64,000 bases of DNA from Stegostoma tigrinum (taxonomy: Eukaryota). The position numbers and the translations under genes are program-made. Within the stretch, counting starts at the first letter, position 1; every line of letters begins with the position of its first letter. This document shows positions 12,010 through 25,452 of this stretch, in pieces. The stretch is taken from positions 1,550,001 through 1,614,000 of the forward strand of contig NC_081396.1 of the NCBI RefSeq assembly GCF_030684315.1. The letters run 5' to 3'. The notes beneath the pieces are model-generated. The model saw nothing but the letters and a program-made list of their open reading frames with translations. It was not told the DNA's origin and searched no databases.

Positions 12010-13110
12010 TGGATCAACACACAAGGCCAAAAAACATCTCAGGAGCACAAAAGCTGACTTTTCAGGCCCAGACACTTCATCAGAGAGGGGCATGGGAAGT
12101 GAGGACTGGAATAAACAGGGAGAGAAGGGGAGGCGGACCGAAGATGGAGAGAAAACAAGATAGGTAGAGAGGAGAGTATAGGTGGAGAGGTAGGGAGGGG
12201 ATAGGTCAGTCCAGGGAAGATGGACAGGTCAAGGAGGCAGGATGAGGTGGTAGGTACGAAATGGATGTGCGGCTTGAGGTGGGAGGAAGGTTTGGGTGAG
12301 AGGAAGAAAAGGTTAGGGAAGCAGAGACAGGCTAGGCTGGTTTTGTGATGCAGTGGGGGAATGGGACGAGCTGGGCTGGTTTTGGGATGCAGTCGGTGAA
12401 GGGGGAGATTTTGAGGCTTGTGAAGTCCGCATTGATACCTTTGTGCTGCAGGGTTCCCAAGCGGAATATGAGTTGTTGTTCCTGCAACCTTCGGGTGGCG
12501 TCATTGTGGCTCTGCAGAAGGCCAATGATGGACATGTCGTCTGAGGAATGGGAAGGGGAGTTGAAAAGGTTCGCGACTGGGAGGTGCAGTTGTTTGTTGC
12601 GAACCGAGCGGAGGTGTTCTGCAAAGCGGGTCCCAAGCCTCCGCTTGGTTTCCCCAATGTAGAGGAAGCCACACCGGGTGCAATGGATAAAATATACCAC
12701 ATTGGCAGATATGCAGGTGAACTGCATCCCAAAACCAGCCCAGTCTGTCTCTGCTTCCCTAACCTGTTCTTCCTCTCACCCATCCCTTCCTCCCACCTCA
12801 AGCCGCACCTCCATTTCTGACCTACCATCTCATCCCGCCTCCTTGACTTGTCCATCTTCCCTGGACTGACCTATCTCCTCCCTACCTCCCCACCTATACT
12901 CTCCACTCTACCTATCTTGTTTTCTCTCCATCTTCAGTCCCCCCGTCCCTATTTAGCTCACTTCTATCTCCCCATCCGTCTCTCTGATGACGTCTCTAGT
13001 CCCGAAACATCAGCTTTTGTGCTCCTGAGATGCTTCTTGGCCTGCTGTGTTCATCCAGCTCCACACTTTGTTATCTTGGATTCTCCAGCGTCTGCAGTTC
13101 CCAGTATCAC
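12010..13110 (-). mobile_element. Penelope-like element: GIY-YIG endonuclease 3' part flanked by inverted pseudo-LTR arms
   Basis: ORF 12332-12727(-) NVVYFIHCTRCGFLYIGETKRRLGTRFAEH...EQQLIFRLGTLQHKGIN. About 12010-12350 is the reverse complement of about 12725-13060. Hammerhead-like cores at 12056-12083(-) and 12984-13011(+). Confidence 0.9.
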
Positions 13111-14214
13111 AGAACAATGCGTGACTTTGTTAACCATGACTGGATACTGTACACACGGACAGAATGCGAGGAAGGAAACTGTGCTTCATAACTGATCAGA
13201 ATTATGTCTCAGTATTAGGTCTGGAGAACAACAAATAAACCTTCTACCGTTCTCACCACAAAATATTGCGGATGAATTTCGAAAGACTGACCCTTGATAA
13301 GACGATATCTAAATGGTCAGTGGGTTAACTGAAAGGACGGTAAATAGAAATAAAATATACATTTGCTTGGGAGCCAGTTTGAATGTGTACCTGCGAATAT
13401 TATCTCATGCTTCACCATGATTGTCGACACCCTAACATAGTTTCATTATTTACAGCATTATCTCTTCGCAAATTATTTTCTTCTGTTTCAAATAAATCCG
13501 CAGTTTAGTGCAAAACTTAATTAAATAGCGCAGAAGTAATAGCACTTCTGATAACTGAATAAAATGGGCAATCAGCTTCAAACCTGCAGAAACACAACTG
13601 AAAGTTTCTGAAACCGTAAGCATCAAGAGTGATAAAATATGGTACAAGAAGTAAGCATGATCTCAGTTAACCTGCTTAGAGATTGTTGAATGGCTCGGCT
13701 TTGAATTCACCTGAGTTCCATGTCTCTCATCATTATCCGCTGACTTCGATGATTCCCAGGGAATCAAGCAGACTTATTCCATAGTGCATTGTCACTGGGT
13801 TATTGGAAGACAACGATCTGAATGTTCATTCTGAATATTATACAACTGCTCTGAATCAATGCCAGGGAAGACGTCCGTGTGATAATGTTAGCTTCTCCTC
13901 AAAATATCTCTGTGACTGTGTACTTATTATGATATATCGACCCTAGTCCTTCTTCTGATATTTACACATTAATTATGACTTGGGATGGATGAAACACATA
14001 AGAATTTAACCTTGAATGTTGTTTAGTTATATGAAGTTGTTCGAGGAACCATCTTAGGTTCTTCTTTTAGATCATCACCAAGTGACTCCAGGTTACTGTT
14101 GAAAAAGCAGCTTATGCTTCAGATGCAGAACGTTGTTCAGTTACTCAGTCTTTCTTCCCGTCCATCTGGCCAAAGGTATGTACGGGAGCATAATAGTGAT
14201 CCGTGTGTTTGTGG

Positions 14215-14464
14215 NNNNNNNNNNNNNNNNNNNNNNNNNNNNNNNNNNNNNNNNNNNNNNNNNNNNNNNNNNNNNNNNNNNNNNNNNNNNNNNNNNNNNN
14301 NNNNNNNNNNNNNNNNNNNNNNNNNNNNNNNNNNNNNNNNNNNNNNNNNNNNNNNNNNNNNNNNNNNNNNNNNNNNNNNNNNNNNNNNNNNNNNNNNNNN
14401 NNNNNNNNNNNNNNNNNNNNNNNNNNNNNNNNNNNNNNNNNNNNNNNNNNNNNNNNNNNNNNNN
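14215..14464. other. Assembly gap
   Basis: Run of N. Confidence 1.
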
Positions 14465-15894
14465 ATGTGTGCCCTAAAGGAAGTGTGAATGGGTGCGGGG
14501 TTGCGGGGGAGGGGTGCTGCGGGGGTCGTCGTGGAGAAGTTGGTGTGCTGGAGGAAACATGCCTGGTTAGTCACACGATTGTTTGATAATGAGCTTGCTG
14601 GATCAGCGATCTGTGAAACCCAGGATAATGCTTGAGAACTGGAGTTCGAATCCCTCCACAGTAGAAACTGCATTTTCCATTCAATTCTTAAATCTGGTGT
14701 AGAATGTTGATCCCATGGTAACCATGAGACAGCGGTCAGGAAAAATGCCAATCTGCTGAACTGATGTCTTTATCTAGCCACCTGATTCCGGTGGCTTAGC
14801 AATGACGTAGGTAGCTCCTTAAGTGGCCAATCAAGACACTCATATGGACCAAACTTCTGGTACCCCACATGAAAGCAGTGATGACTGGTTGGCCGACATG
14901 GCATCAGCCAATTTATTTGGATAGGCGAGTAACACAGACATCCATTCTGATACCGCAAATTCATCAGCTGGGCATGTTCGTCTCTCCTCAATAACATCAT
15001 ATGGACTGCAGAAGGTTAAAAATCATCTGTCTATCGCATTCGCAAGTGATGTTTGATAAATGATGGCTTGTTTATGATTACCCAATGAAATGAATGGAAT
15101 GAATCAGGTCAGTTTTCAAAATGTTTCCATTGACTGACGTCTGTCGTCTTGGTCTTACACTTTCACGAAAGAATAAACATGAATCATCTGTTTTCTTTTT
15201 GTGCGTTCTCTTTATTTTGGAAATAAATGTTTCACTCCATACCTAAATGGTGATACAAAGTTGGCTTGCCACGTTACTAACTAAAAGTGGGCATATCTGA
15301 GAGAATGATTTATTTGAAACTTGGAAGTAACCATAACATGTCTCGAATCCTAGCGGTTTAGCATTGTTGTGTAACAAATGGCTGAAGTGAAATTGGCCTA
15401 GGTGTTTTTTTTTAAATACTGGGCAGAAATGAGAGAAAACTTGTGTGTGACGCTGGGGTGAAGCTTGTTTCGTTTTCATGTAGCTGAAATCATTCCACGA
15501 TGCGATTTACTCTCACCTGCCTTGCAAATGGCAAGAAATGCTCATCAGAGTGGTCATGACGCTTTGATTGCATTAATGAAACATCACAATTTGTTGAAGT
15601 GACAGACAACCAGAACCTTATGTTTTTGCAGAGAAAAGATCAATCTTCTGCAAAGTTTAAACCAGTCTGCCTTTTGCCTCTTGTTAGGGACCAGACAAAT
15701 TCCCTCAAGAATTACCAAAGAAATAATCTCGACTCAAATACTTATCTTATTCAAAGGAAAGTGTAAGGCCCTCCGTTTCAGATGTGATTTGTTTGGTAAA
15801 CTACTTGGCCTTAATCAACACATCTCGGGTCCGGTGCCCCTTCCTGATTTTCAGCATCCGCTGTTCTTTTGGTTCTTCGGTGTGGAAACAGGCT

Positions 15895-16145
15895 CTTTGG
15901 TGCAACTCTGATACTCAGAACATCAAATCAGGCCCTTTCCCGTATAAACTAATCTACACAGCCCTAAACACTATGGCCAATTTGGCATAACCAGTCCAAA
16001 TTGCGTGCACACCCTTGGACTGTTGGAGGAGGCCCACATAGACATGTGGAGAACATAGAAACACTGGATAGACAGTCGCAGGAGGTTGGAATCAAACCTA
16101 GCTTTCTGATGCTTTGAGGTTCACTGCTAACGTCTGAGCCACCAT
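15895..16145 (-). mobile_element. Decayed tRNA-derived SINE (same family as 35666-35970)
   Basis: Minus strand has ggtggctcagacgttagcagtg...ggtttgattcca...gactgtctatccagtgtttctatgttctcc, matching the SINE at 35666. Confidence 0.7.
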
Positions 16146-17869
16146 GACTTCAGACTGACAGAAGGCATTTCGCAGCATGAAAGCTGTTTTACCCTCAGCG
16201 ACAGTAAGAACCACATTTGGTTACATCAAGCCATGCAACGTGGCTATTGATGCAAGTTGAAATGGGTTTTGGGTTGTAGTCTTACGAGAAGAGGACGCAA
16301 AGATAGAAAGAGAGAGGAGGTATGTATCCAGAAAGTTGAATGCTCATTTTATGTAATATCCTATGACTAAGAAGGAGACCTTGAGTACTCCATTGGCATT
16401 ACAACATTTCAAATTTTATAACGCTGGTAATGTGTCCGAGATAATTGGGCATACTGACTAAAACTGAATAAAGTTTTTCTGGAAAAATCTACTGACAAAC
16501 ATTTCAGACTGTTTGGATGGTATTTATTAATGCAGGCGTTAATTTGAAAATTTTGCCAAAAATGTCATCCTGATGTGAATGAGGAAAGATGGAGGTGTTC
16601 AGTGGCAGGAGGAAACAGAATGAAATACCATGTCGAAGCGAATTTTTATGTCAATGCATAGTAGTGTACTAATTAAGTAAGATTAAGGTTTTTAAAATGA
16701 AGCCAACTTTACATCTGAGTGGCCTTATACTTTCGCGGTTGCAGCGGGGCTGGCGTGGGGAGGTGGGGCGCAGAGATTGTCACGATGCTGTCACAGTAAA
16801 AAGGTTATTTTATCCTGAATTTGTGAAGTCAGAGATGCTGAAATATCTATTGATCTAACTCAAACTAACCCTTTCAGATTTTTTTCGTAATTCCTTAAAC
16901 CTTCTTTTTTTACAATGGGAGAGGAATGTCCGCTTTTCAGACATCAAGTTTCCTGGATTTTCAGAGCTGTAGCAATTGGAACATTTGGAGTCCCAGGCAG
17001 CTTGCAAGCTTCAGAAAATGGTTCCAAACTCGCTTTCTCTGAAATATCTCATTTGATACGTTCTACTTCCTCGATTGCAAATTGCCTGTAAGCACATGTA
17101 TTCGAATTCAACTTTCTGCCAAGAGATGTGTTTCAGTGATGATGAATAGACAATGGACAATGACGTTAATGCAACAATCTGAAAGGAGGACTGTGGCGTT
17201 TTCTCTGAAAGCTTAGTTAGAAAATAGAATTGAAATTCAACCTATTTAAAATTATTGTTGATCCCATTAGATTTATTATTGTCATTTACCGAACTTTTTT
17301 TTTGAAAAAGAACTACTATTTTGCATGTGAGTTTCGAAGACTGTCTATCATTTCTTTCTGGATAGCCGTTTTTCCTATGTGTTATGAGGGCAATAGATTT
17401 GGTATTTCTGCTTCAGCATTTCACATTTTCGATTTTTACCTCAGTAGCCATTTTTTCCCAGTCTTCACACGGTTGTGAATTTTCTGACTTTCCTTCAGCC
17501 TGTCACTTATCCACCTTGTCTGCTGTACACGTTATTCCAGGCCGACAGCAACGTGTTTGATTCTCAACACCCCATTAGGCAAATAGGTATCCACATTAAA
17601 TGTTCGTCCAGATAGTGATGCACTCATCCTGGGAACGAATTTTAGACATCAAAAATGTAACGTTCTTCAGGGGAGGCAATGCTTCATTCAGCGTGCATAT
17701 TCATGCTATGCAATATTCGAAATGCTTCAAGAAAGCTGAACTCATCAGATAAGGTTGTACGCAAATAAAATACATTTGTTCGAATTATTTTCTTATCTGT
17801 ACAGTCGTGTATTTCTGTGGCAAAAAAAATCATCAAGACTGCAAGCAAAGTCAGAGCAGGCATTTGGTA

Positions 17870-18215
17870 ATTTTTTTTGCTTTATCAATTCATGACTTGA
17901 GGTAATCACTTGTTCGGCAGCGCTTATTGCCCAGGGGGCAGTGAAGTGACAAACATATTGCTGTGAATCTGGAATTATGTGTAGGTTAGACTACGTAAGG
18001 ATGGCAATTTGATTCCCAAAAGGACGTCAGTGGACCAGATTTTTTCTCTCCTAACAATCCGTAATGGATACACAGTCATCATTAGAGTCTTAATTCCAGA
18101 TATTTTTCGAATTCATATTTCACTATTTGCTGTGGTGGGAACCGAACACAGATCCTCCTAACGCTACTTGGGTGTTTGGGTTAACAGCCCAGCGATAATA
18201 CCATTGGACCATCAT
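17870..18215 (-). mobile_element. Second tRNA-headed SINE-like repeat family
   Basis: Aligns by eye to 26768-27103 (gcatttattg...ggcag...cacattgct...tctgga...gtaaggatggca...aattccaga...). Confidence 0.7.
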
Positions 18216-18224
18216 AATCAGCAA

Positions 18225-21200
18225 AGCAATCTCTCACAAACCTTTTAAACAACTAATCACATCAGAATACAACGAATAAAAATGGAAAGGTGGAAATCGT
18301 AACCAATGCTGCATCTACTAGCCGGTATTGAATATTTGATACATATCAAATCAGTGCTTTTCAATGAAATGTTCAGAAAATCCAGGTTTGTTAGCAGTTT
18401 GCACACCCTCTCCTGTGTCTCTCCTGGGAATGGGGAAAACGCAGAAAGCAGGCCCTGGACAGATCTCCAAATTTTGGGACGAAGAATTTTAGGGTCTTAA
18501 TATATGTTGATGGCACATTCGAAAGAAATACTAATCAACCATTTTAGCCATGTGGCGAATGTTAAGAGTCTCTTTCAAACCGTTTTACTGTCGCAGGCTC
18601 CTGGGATATGGAGTCTGCAAAATTAATCGCTGAAGAATTTAGAACTGAAATAAAATGGAGTCATACAGTATCATTTTATTCAATTCACCCCAACGAGGTA
18701 TTGAAATGTATAGAAAATAGACAGAAAACAATTATTTTAACAGGTGGCCTTGACAATATTACGTACATATCAATATTTTGTTATTTGGTGAACTTACCAG
18801 ATAACTGAGATGTATCAGTCATTAATGTACAAAAAGTAGCAGGCAATATGATTGCTGAGCTGAATTTGGACCTGCAAGACAGAATTGAAGAAAATTGTTC
18901 CAACTCTAAACTGAAGGGGGACTTGAGGTGAAGGAACCAAATCTGAAATGTTTCAGCTCAGATTTCAGTAAATTTCAGCCATACCTTGCCTTTCTGCAAG
19001 TTTGTTCATTCGTGACAGACTCACCAGGTGACACCTACTCACTTTGTCGCCTTTGCTTTCTGGTCGCTGACATCAGCGGGTTCATCAACACAACAACAAG
19101 AATAGGACATAGCAGAGACTATTTGGCCCTTCAAAACTTGTTCTATTCCACCAGGATGATACGTCTTACAACCACTTTCCTGCACTGTCCCCAAATCCAT
19201 TATTTTCATTCGTGATCACTTTATTAGAGAGAGCAGTTTACAAAGCTTGCTGATCACACTATCACTACTATTAGGTGTACAGAATAGGACAATGAATGTT
19301 GATGTATCACTGCCAGAGTCTACTATGAAAAGTGTTGCTAGTTGATCCACATTCCACATGCTAGATCCACATTCTGCACCACAGGAACACAGAAAATAGC
19401 TTTTGTGCAAGTGGTATTTTTAATGTTGTTTTAGTTATATGTAAAATTTGTCACATGGATCGCAGTGCACAGTAGAAGATGGTAAAATCAGAGGCACAAG
19501 ACTCGTGGTATCAAAATGAGTCACTCGTTCTCTTTTCCGTTAGAGGAAAAGAAAAAGAAAATCACTCAGGGAAATTTGAAGACCTCTGCCCATCATCCTT
19601 GTCTTACCATCTCGGTGAGGATCTCAGATGCAACAGAAGAGTATTTCACCTGCTAGTACACAATATTGCAGTTTGACCATCTCAAACTGTTCAATGAGAC
19701 GGATCCTGGGAAACTTCATTTTGGACATCCATTCCTGGATCAAACACACAGGGTATATGATTAAATTTAATCAATGAATAACACATTGGAGATTTCCTCT
19801 CAGATTCATCCGACGACACAACTATTAATGTCAACACTGTGCAGAGGGAACACATGATATCACATTCGATAGCAAAGAACATAATTTTTGGAAATGTGTC
19901 TTTTTTGTTTCTTATGTCAGCGATTGAGCTGAGAACCGAGGCAAGTTTCATTTATTGGGCAATTGAAATCCAGTTGCTTGAGCTGCAACTGGCTGTGTTC
20001 TCGGTTTCATTGACACAAGTGGAGACATCACGGTGAGTGGGATACTAAAATACATTGGTTTGGCTTTCTTCAATTTTTTGCTCTCGATGTCTTTCTCAAT
20101 CCAGTGCATTTTAAAACATATTCAGGAATATAGCCTCTTCCTGAATTTCACACAACATTTTCATTTCACGTTGACTCTAATACCAGAAAAGTAAATCATT
20201 TTCTCTGCTTGAAATAAAAAAAGACAACTATGTTAATACCATTCTCATATAAACGCACCCAATCCAATTGAGCTGAATATGCACAATGGATGCATATTGA
20301 TAGATTTAGATCATCAAGGAAATGATTAATTGTTTAACTTTAATTGTCAACTTTAATGCAACTATGTCATTAGCTCCCAAATTTCCCTTGAGATTAGGTA
20401 ATATTTGGGAAGTGTCACTTGGCTGATAGGCAAAATATCCTGGAAGTTAAAAAAAGATAAAAATCCATTCACGCATTTGCTCCGTGCAGCAGAAAAATAT
20501 CATGATGAATTGGAAAGTACACCGGTTGGCCGTTCGATTCTGATTTTCCCCGAACGAAGATCCTAACGAATTTGTCTGCGACGTGAGCTCCATTTTGCAT
20601 ATACCTCTCAATATACCATTCTTATGTTGCAGATCGAAACCTTATCTAACTCATCTGTGAATGTGTTAATGATCAAGCATCTGCTGGTTTCTGTAGAAAG
20701 GCTTTCTGAATATTCAAGATTACCTGAAAGAATGGACCCCTCATTTCAACAGCTTTACTAGAATGTCCTTTGATTTCAAATTCGCTCACAAACTTCCAGA
20801 ATCCCTGAAAAAATGTAAACATCATCTCTGCAGCTATCAGTTCAAGGATTGAAGGGATGTTTCTTGTTTCAGTCAGAAGATCGCTAATTTTTCTCATGGT
20901 TTCATAATGGCTCTGGAAACGTATGATTTGATTCCTGGATTGTAGTGACTGTCATTTGTTATATTTCTGACAGTTAACTAAATTGACTGGGTGATAGAAG
21001 AGATGGCGATATTTGAGGGTCGATAACCGGACTGGAGGCCAGTGACGAGCATTGAGGGCTTTGTTTCTGGTACGACTGCTTTTTTTTTACTTATATCAGA
21101 TGTAAGGACGAGATTATGAGGATCATGGTTAGTAAATTAGCAGATGGTACCGAAATTGATGGTACAGTAAGCAGTGAGGAATGTTATCTCGGTGTGCAAC

Positions 21201-21605
21201 AGTATCTTGATTTTATGGGCCAAATGATGTAAAAGTCACAAATAGAGTTTAATTTTGATAAACGAGAGGTTTTATTTTTGTTTTCGGGAAGCAAACCAGG
21301 GCAAGACTTGCACGGTCAATAATAGGGCAATAGGCAGTGATGTTGAACAGAAGTGTGAGGCTCATTCTTCCTTGAAAGTGATCTTGCAGATGGATAAGCT
21401 GTTGAGGAAGGCGTTTGGCATGCTTTCTTGCATTGGCCAGAGCAGTGAGTGTATGGTTTGGCGCAACATGTTACATGTGTACAAGTCATTGGAGAGGCAA
21501 CGTTTAGAATACTGCACACAATTCTGAACATCCTGCTGTAGGAAGTGCATTGTCAAACTGGAAAAGGGTACAGGAACAAAATAAAAGAATGTTACCAGGT
21601 CTGGA
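18225..21605 (+). repeat. Segmental duplicate, copy 1 (paralogous to 56520-61440)
   Basis: Collinear direct similarity of unique sequence, e.g. tttcagctcagattt...gcctttctgcaa...tcaccaggtgac at about 18950 and 57632, and gcagtgca...gtagaagatggt at about 19462 and 58248. Confidence 0.9.
19458..19855 (-). pseudogene. TCR alpha/delta V pseudogene, related to the intact V at 24765
   Basis: Leader 19855-19810 MCSLCTVLTLIVVSS with donor GT>AT; 75-nt intron; acceptor gatccag. Exon GMDVQNEVSQDPSH*TV*DGQTAIL...FPE*FS...ASDFTIFYCALRS. RSS decayed. Confidence 0.8.
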
Positions 21606-22040
21606 AGAGGCGCATTGGATAGTTTGAGCCCACATAGACTTGGAGTTTGTTGCCTAGAATTTAAAACCTTGAGGGCTAACCTTAACAATGTTTTTAATAT
21701 GATGAGAGAAATAGAAAGCTGAATCAGAACTGCCTTTCTTTTTGGAAAAGTCCACAAGATTTCAAAACGAGAGGGCATAGATGATATGGAGAACATTTAA
21801 AAAGTGTCATGAACGCAATATATTGACACATAAAGTGATGCAAACATTGAATGAGCTGCCAGAAGAAGGGATAGGAATGGCAGAATTGTAAAACTTAATA
21901 TATGTTTGGATAGACAATGAATAGGAAATGTTTCGAGGGATGTGGGGCGAACAGAGCCAAATGGAACCCGTTCAGTTTGGGATAACTGCTCAGCGAGTTG
22001 GCCTGAAGTGCCTGGTTCCACACCGGATGACTCTACAAAT
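20975..22040 (+). mobile_element. Decayed CR1-type LINE
   Basis: MVSKLADGTEI, KAFGMLSCIGQS...VYKSLERQRLEYCTQF and a CR1-like 3' tail. Confidence 0.8.
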
Positions 22041-23193
22041 CCATTAGAAAAGAACACGCTTGGATCAAGCTGTATCCTAGTAATAATCCCCTGTACATAT
22101 TCTCTGCAATCTAACAATGTATTTTGCTGAAATAGATTCATAATTGAAAACTCAGGCCATTTTTTAAAATAACTGCATAAGGATTATCATTCACAATAGG
22201 ACTCCGTGTGCATCAATGCATGACAGTGCCCATCAACCTCAAATCATTCATGGGCAAGCAGAAAATACCTCAGGGCACGTGTATTCACTTCAGTGAGCCC
22301 CACTTTGAAAACCAGTAAATGTCTCTGACAACAAAAACACATTTAGAATGTAATAGACATATACGATGAGGTTAATACTGTTGATGAACTGTATATCGCC
22401 ATCTAGTAGGTGCATCTTGCATTGCCATACCACAGATTTGTGAGGAAAGACAGAGGTAATCTAATCGAAGAGAGAGCAACAACAGGATATGCAATTCACT
22501 GTTTGTCCAGAGTCAGGCAGCAATGATAGATTGGTACTTTTCGGGCTGCAGGAAAGCTTGTAGCTGAGTTACGCCGAGGATCAGTCATGGGTCCCTTGCT
22601 TTTAAACCTCGTTTTAATTTCTGTATATAAGTAATTCGAAGGTCAAAATTGACACACGAGGTGCTCGTTGATTCCTCATTTCACATTATTTAAACTCAAA
22701 CAACAGAACCTCATATAATTTAATAACTTTCAACGTGCATTTGGCCTTCCATTGTCGCATGTTTTGTTTTATCTGTACGTGTAGCTGTCGTTCTCTGTGA
22801 TGGAAGATGTGACTGAGGGATTTTCTTCTGCAAGCAATTCTACTGATCACAGGGGCCTGAACATATTCATATTCGCCCTTCGACAGAGAGTGATTATTTG
22901 GTGAAAACAAAATACATGGGGAGATGGAATCCCCAGAAAATCGCACAATATTACTGACTGATTCAACTTGTTCTGTATCAAATCTGGTACAGGCAGTGAT
23001 TACAAATGCTTGAGTTCAGTCTTCAAACAGCGGTTGTTCAATTCGCCCAACTTTGATTCTGCTCGTGATTATGATTCCAAATACAATCACAAATAAAAGT
23101 TACAAGACATTTGTTGCTCCACATTTCAATTTTCAAGTGATCATCTTTATCTTCTGCTTTCTACTCCACTGTTTATCTGCTCTTTCTTTCCAG

Positions 23194-23525
23194 AGATGAA
23201 TAACAACAGATTTGAAGTCCCAATCACAATCATAAGTCAAATCAGTGAAGGTAAATGTTAAAAATGGCCGTGCAGCTTCTCGGCATCTGATGTAGCTAAA
23301 ACCTATGGCCTGTTCTGGAATTGCCAGTGCTCACAACAATAATCTCGATCGGTTACAAATTAAATTAGGCCACCCAGGCCTTGATCGATTTAGTTGGCAA
23401 CCCTCCTTGATACAGACGTTGTCTCCTTTCCAAGAAAAGGAAAATAAGGCAATAGACGGCGCTGATTATCACATTGTGCTGAGATCTAAAGTGAATAACA
23501 GTCGTCAGACTCTCATAAAAAAAAA
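23194..23525 (+). pseudogene. TCR V pseudogene with decayed 23-RSS
   Basis: Acceptor tctttctttccag; SEGKC*KWPCSFSASDVAKTYGLFWNCQ, frameshift, then GLDRFS...IDGADYHIVLRS. Heptamer-like TAAAGTG 23487-23493, 23-nt spacer, A-run 23517-23525. Leader-like PTLILLVIMIP at about 23035-23080. Confidence 0.7.
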
Positions 23526-24764
23526 CTGGTCCAGGTCAACAATCATAAGTCGGTAGCAAGAAAATATAAGGAACTGGATACAAGGCAAAACGTACAGACA
23601 ACGAATGTTAACATGGATCCTGATCCGAACGGATGTGGTACTTTAGAGTCTATGCTTGTCAGTATTGGAAATGTGACATTGGGCGTCTCTTTAATCCTGG
23701 ATTCCCTGAAATGTTTCCCGACACGTTGGCAAAGGAATAGAATAACGAGCAGTAATTTGTATGAAAAATGAAACATCCTGAGTGATCTTTCCATGGTTAG
23801 TACGAACACAAAACCTTCACTTCTTGAGAACATGAGATTGCAGCACCAAGTCTAAAATCTAATTGCCTCTTTTTAAAAATTATTTTTTCGTTTTTTTTAA
23901 CAAAAGGATCATTTGACTTTATCATTAATTTTTTCTCGGAACTCTGAGAGGACTGACCATTAAATGTATCCATTGCCGAGTGAGAGATAATTTTAATGTA
24001 CAGGGGAGAAAAAAGTGTTACTGTGTGGAAAGGAAAGGAGAGCGGAGACATGACGAGAGCAGTTATGAGCGCGCCAAGTTGAATGGCTGACTGGAGTATT
24101 AAAGTTCCTACTCGCCAGGAACTTTGGAAAATGCCCAATTGTCCCTAATCAGTTTATACTTACAGAAATTCCAAATCTCGTGCTTATGGATCAAACATAA
24201 TCTTTCCAATGTGAAAGCGGGCTCTGGGACACCACAATCTAAAGTGTCTGACTTAAGAATTAGGGACTGATTGAAACCAAAGATTTACTGGAACTAGTTC
24301 TATGAGAGGTGAACGACAATTTATCATTTCTTCTCATCGCACATTGGCAATTAATTGTCCAATTCGACAGCATGCGTTGACTAAATCCTGAGTATTCAGT
24401 AAATTTTGAATTATTTCCACTTTCAACTGACTACTGAAGATCATCTATGCACTTGAAGAGAATGCTGTTAAGCTCGAAATAAAATTAGCTTAAATCACGA
24501 AAATTTAAGGCATGATAAGGAGGGCGTGGAAAATAACGACATCAATGTGAAGGATTGGAAAGCGTCAGCTGCCTTCTGTCTGAATAACTGTGTGGCCTGC
24601 AGCTGATATCATGTGTGTGAAATAAACCAATCTGAAGAAGGGAACAAGCCCTTCATTTGTCCAACACGCGAAGGCAGCATTCTGTTTGGGTTTAGTCAAT
24701 AGTATAAAATGACAAGAGGAAACATGTTTTAAACAACGTGATGTTGCCTTTCGGGTTTGATGTC

Positions 24765-25197
24765 ATGATTTCCCTGTGGCTTTCTGTAATAATAATGGCC
24801 ATGCCGCCCGGTGAGTCTGGAAATAATTTATTAGCGCATGTTTCATCTGTTTTAATCAGATTTTTGACAACTTAATTATTTTTGTTGCAGGAACGAGCAG
24901 CCAAGATTCAGTTTCCCCGGACTCACTTGAGCAAACAGTTCTGGAAGGAACTAACATAAGCCTGAACTGCAGTTACCAAACAACATATACTGCTCCGACT
25001 CTCTTCTGGTACGTCCAGTACCCAGGGGAAGCTCCGAGATATTTATTGAAGAGATTCAACAAGGAACAGGGAGACGAGTCTCAAGAATTATCCAACAGGT
25101 TTTCTGCTTTTTTGGACAAAGAAAAGAAGATAGTTACATTAAAAATAACAACGGTTTCTCTTTCTGACTCTGCTGTCTATCACTGTGCACTGAGCTC
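24765..25197 (+). CDS. TRAV: TCR alpha/delta variable gene segment (TRAV-like), apparently intact; exons 24765-24810 and 24891-25197
   Basis: Leader MISLWLSVIIMAMPP, donor GTGAGT, 80-nt phase-1 intron, acceptor ttgcag. Exon GTSSQDSVSPDSLEQTVLEGTNISLNCSYQTTYTAPTLFWYVQYPGEAPRYLLKRF...NRFSAFLDKEKKIVTLKITTVSLSDSAVYHCALS, with both Cys and the Trp and no stop. TATAAAA at 24703. Confidence 0.95.
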
Positions 25198-25236
25198 CAC
25201 ACTGATACAGAGGTTCAGTCAGCCCGTACAAAAACC
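25198..25236 (+). promoter_or_regulatory. Recombination signal sequence, 23-bp spacer
   Basis: CACACTG (25198-25204), 23 nt, then perfect nonamer ACAAAAACC (25228-25236). Confidence 0.97.
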
Positions 25237-25258
25237 AAGGCGATCTCAACAGTTCACC

Positions 25259-25452
25259 NNNNNNNNNNNNNNNNNNNNNNNNNNNNNNNNNNNNNNNNNN
25301 NNNNNNNNNNNNNNNNNNNNNNNNNNNNNNNNNNNNNNNNNNNNNNNNNNNNNNNNNNNNNNNNNNNNNNNNNNNNNNNNNNNNNNNNNNNNNNNNNNNN
25401 NNNNNNNNNNNNNNNNNNNNNNNNNNNNNNNNNNNNNNNNNNNNNNNNNNNN
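25259..25452. other. Assembly gap
   Basis: Run of N. Confidence 1.

Noticed and set aside
13500-13800. V-like words on both strands (minus: QLS..SA.YFCAI; plus: ETVSIK..IWYKK)
   Set aside because: Overlapping hits on opposite strands with no RSS; cannot be distinguished from chance by eye.
14099-14751. ORFs containing X runs (also at about 25.1-25.5 kb and 53.4-53.7 kb)
   Set aside because: Artefacts of N gaps. Only the start of ORF 25046 is real, as part of the V exon.
15681-15911. RQIPSRITKEI resembling the IgNAR V N-terminus
   Set aside because: No downstream Cys/Trp/YxC framework and no RSS.
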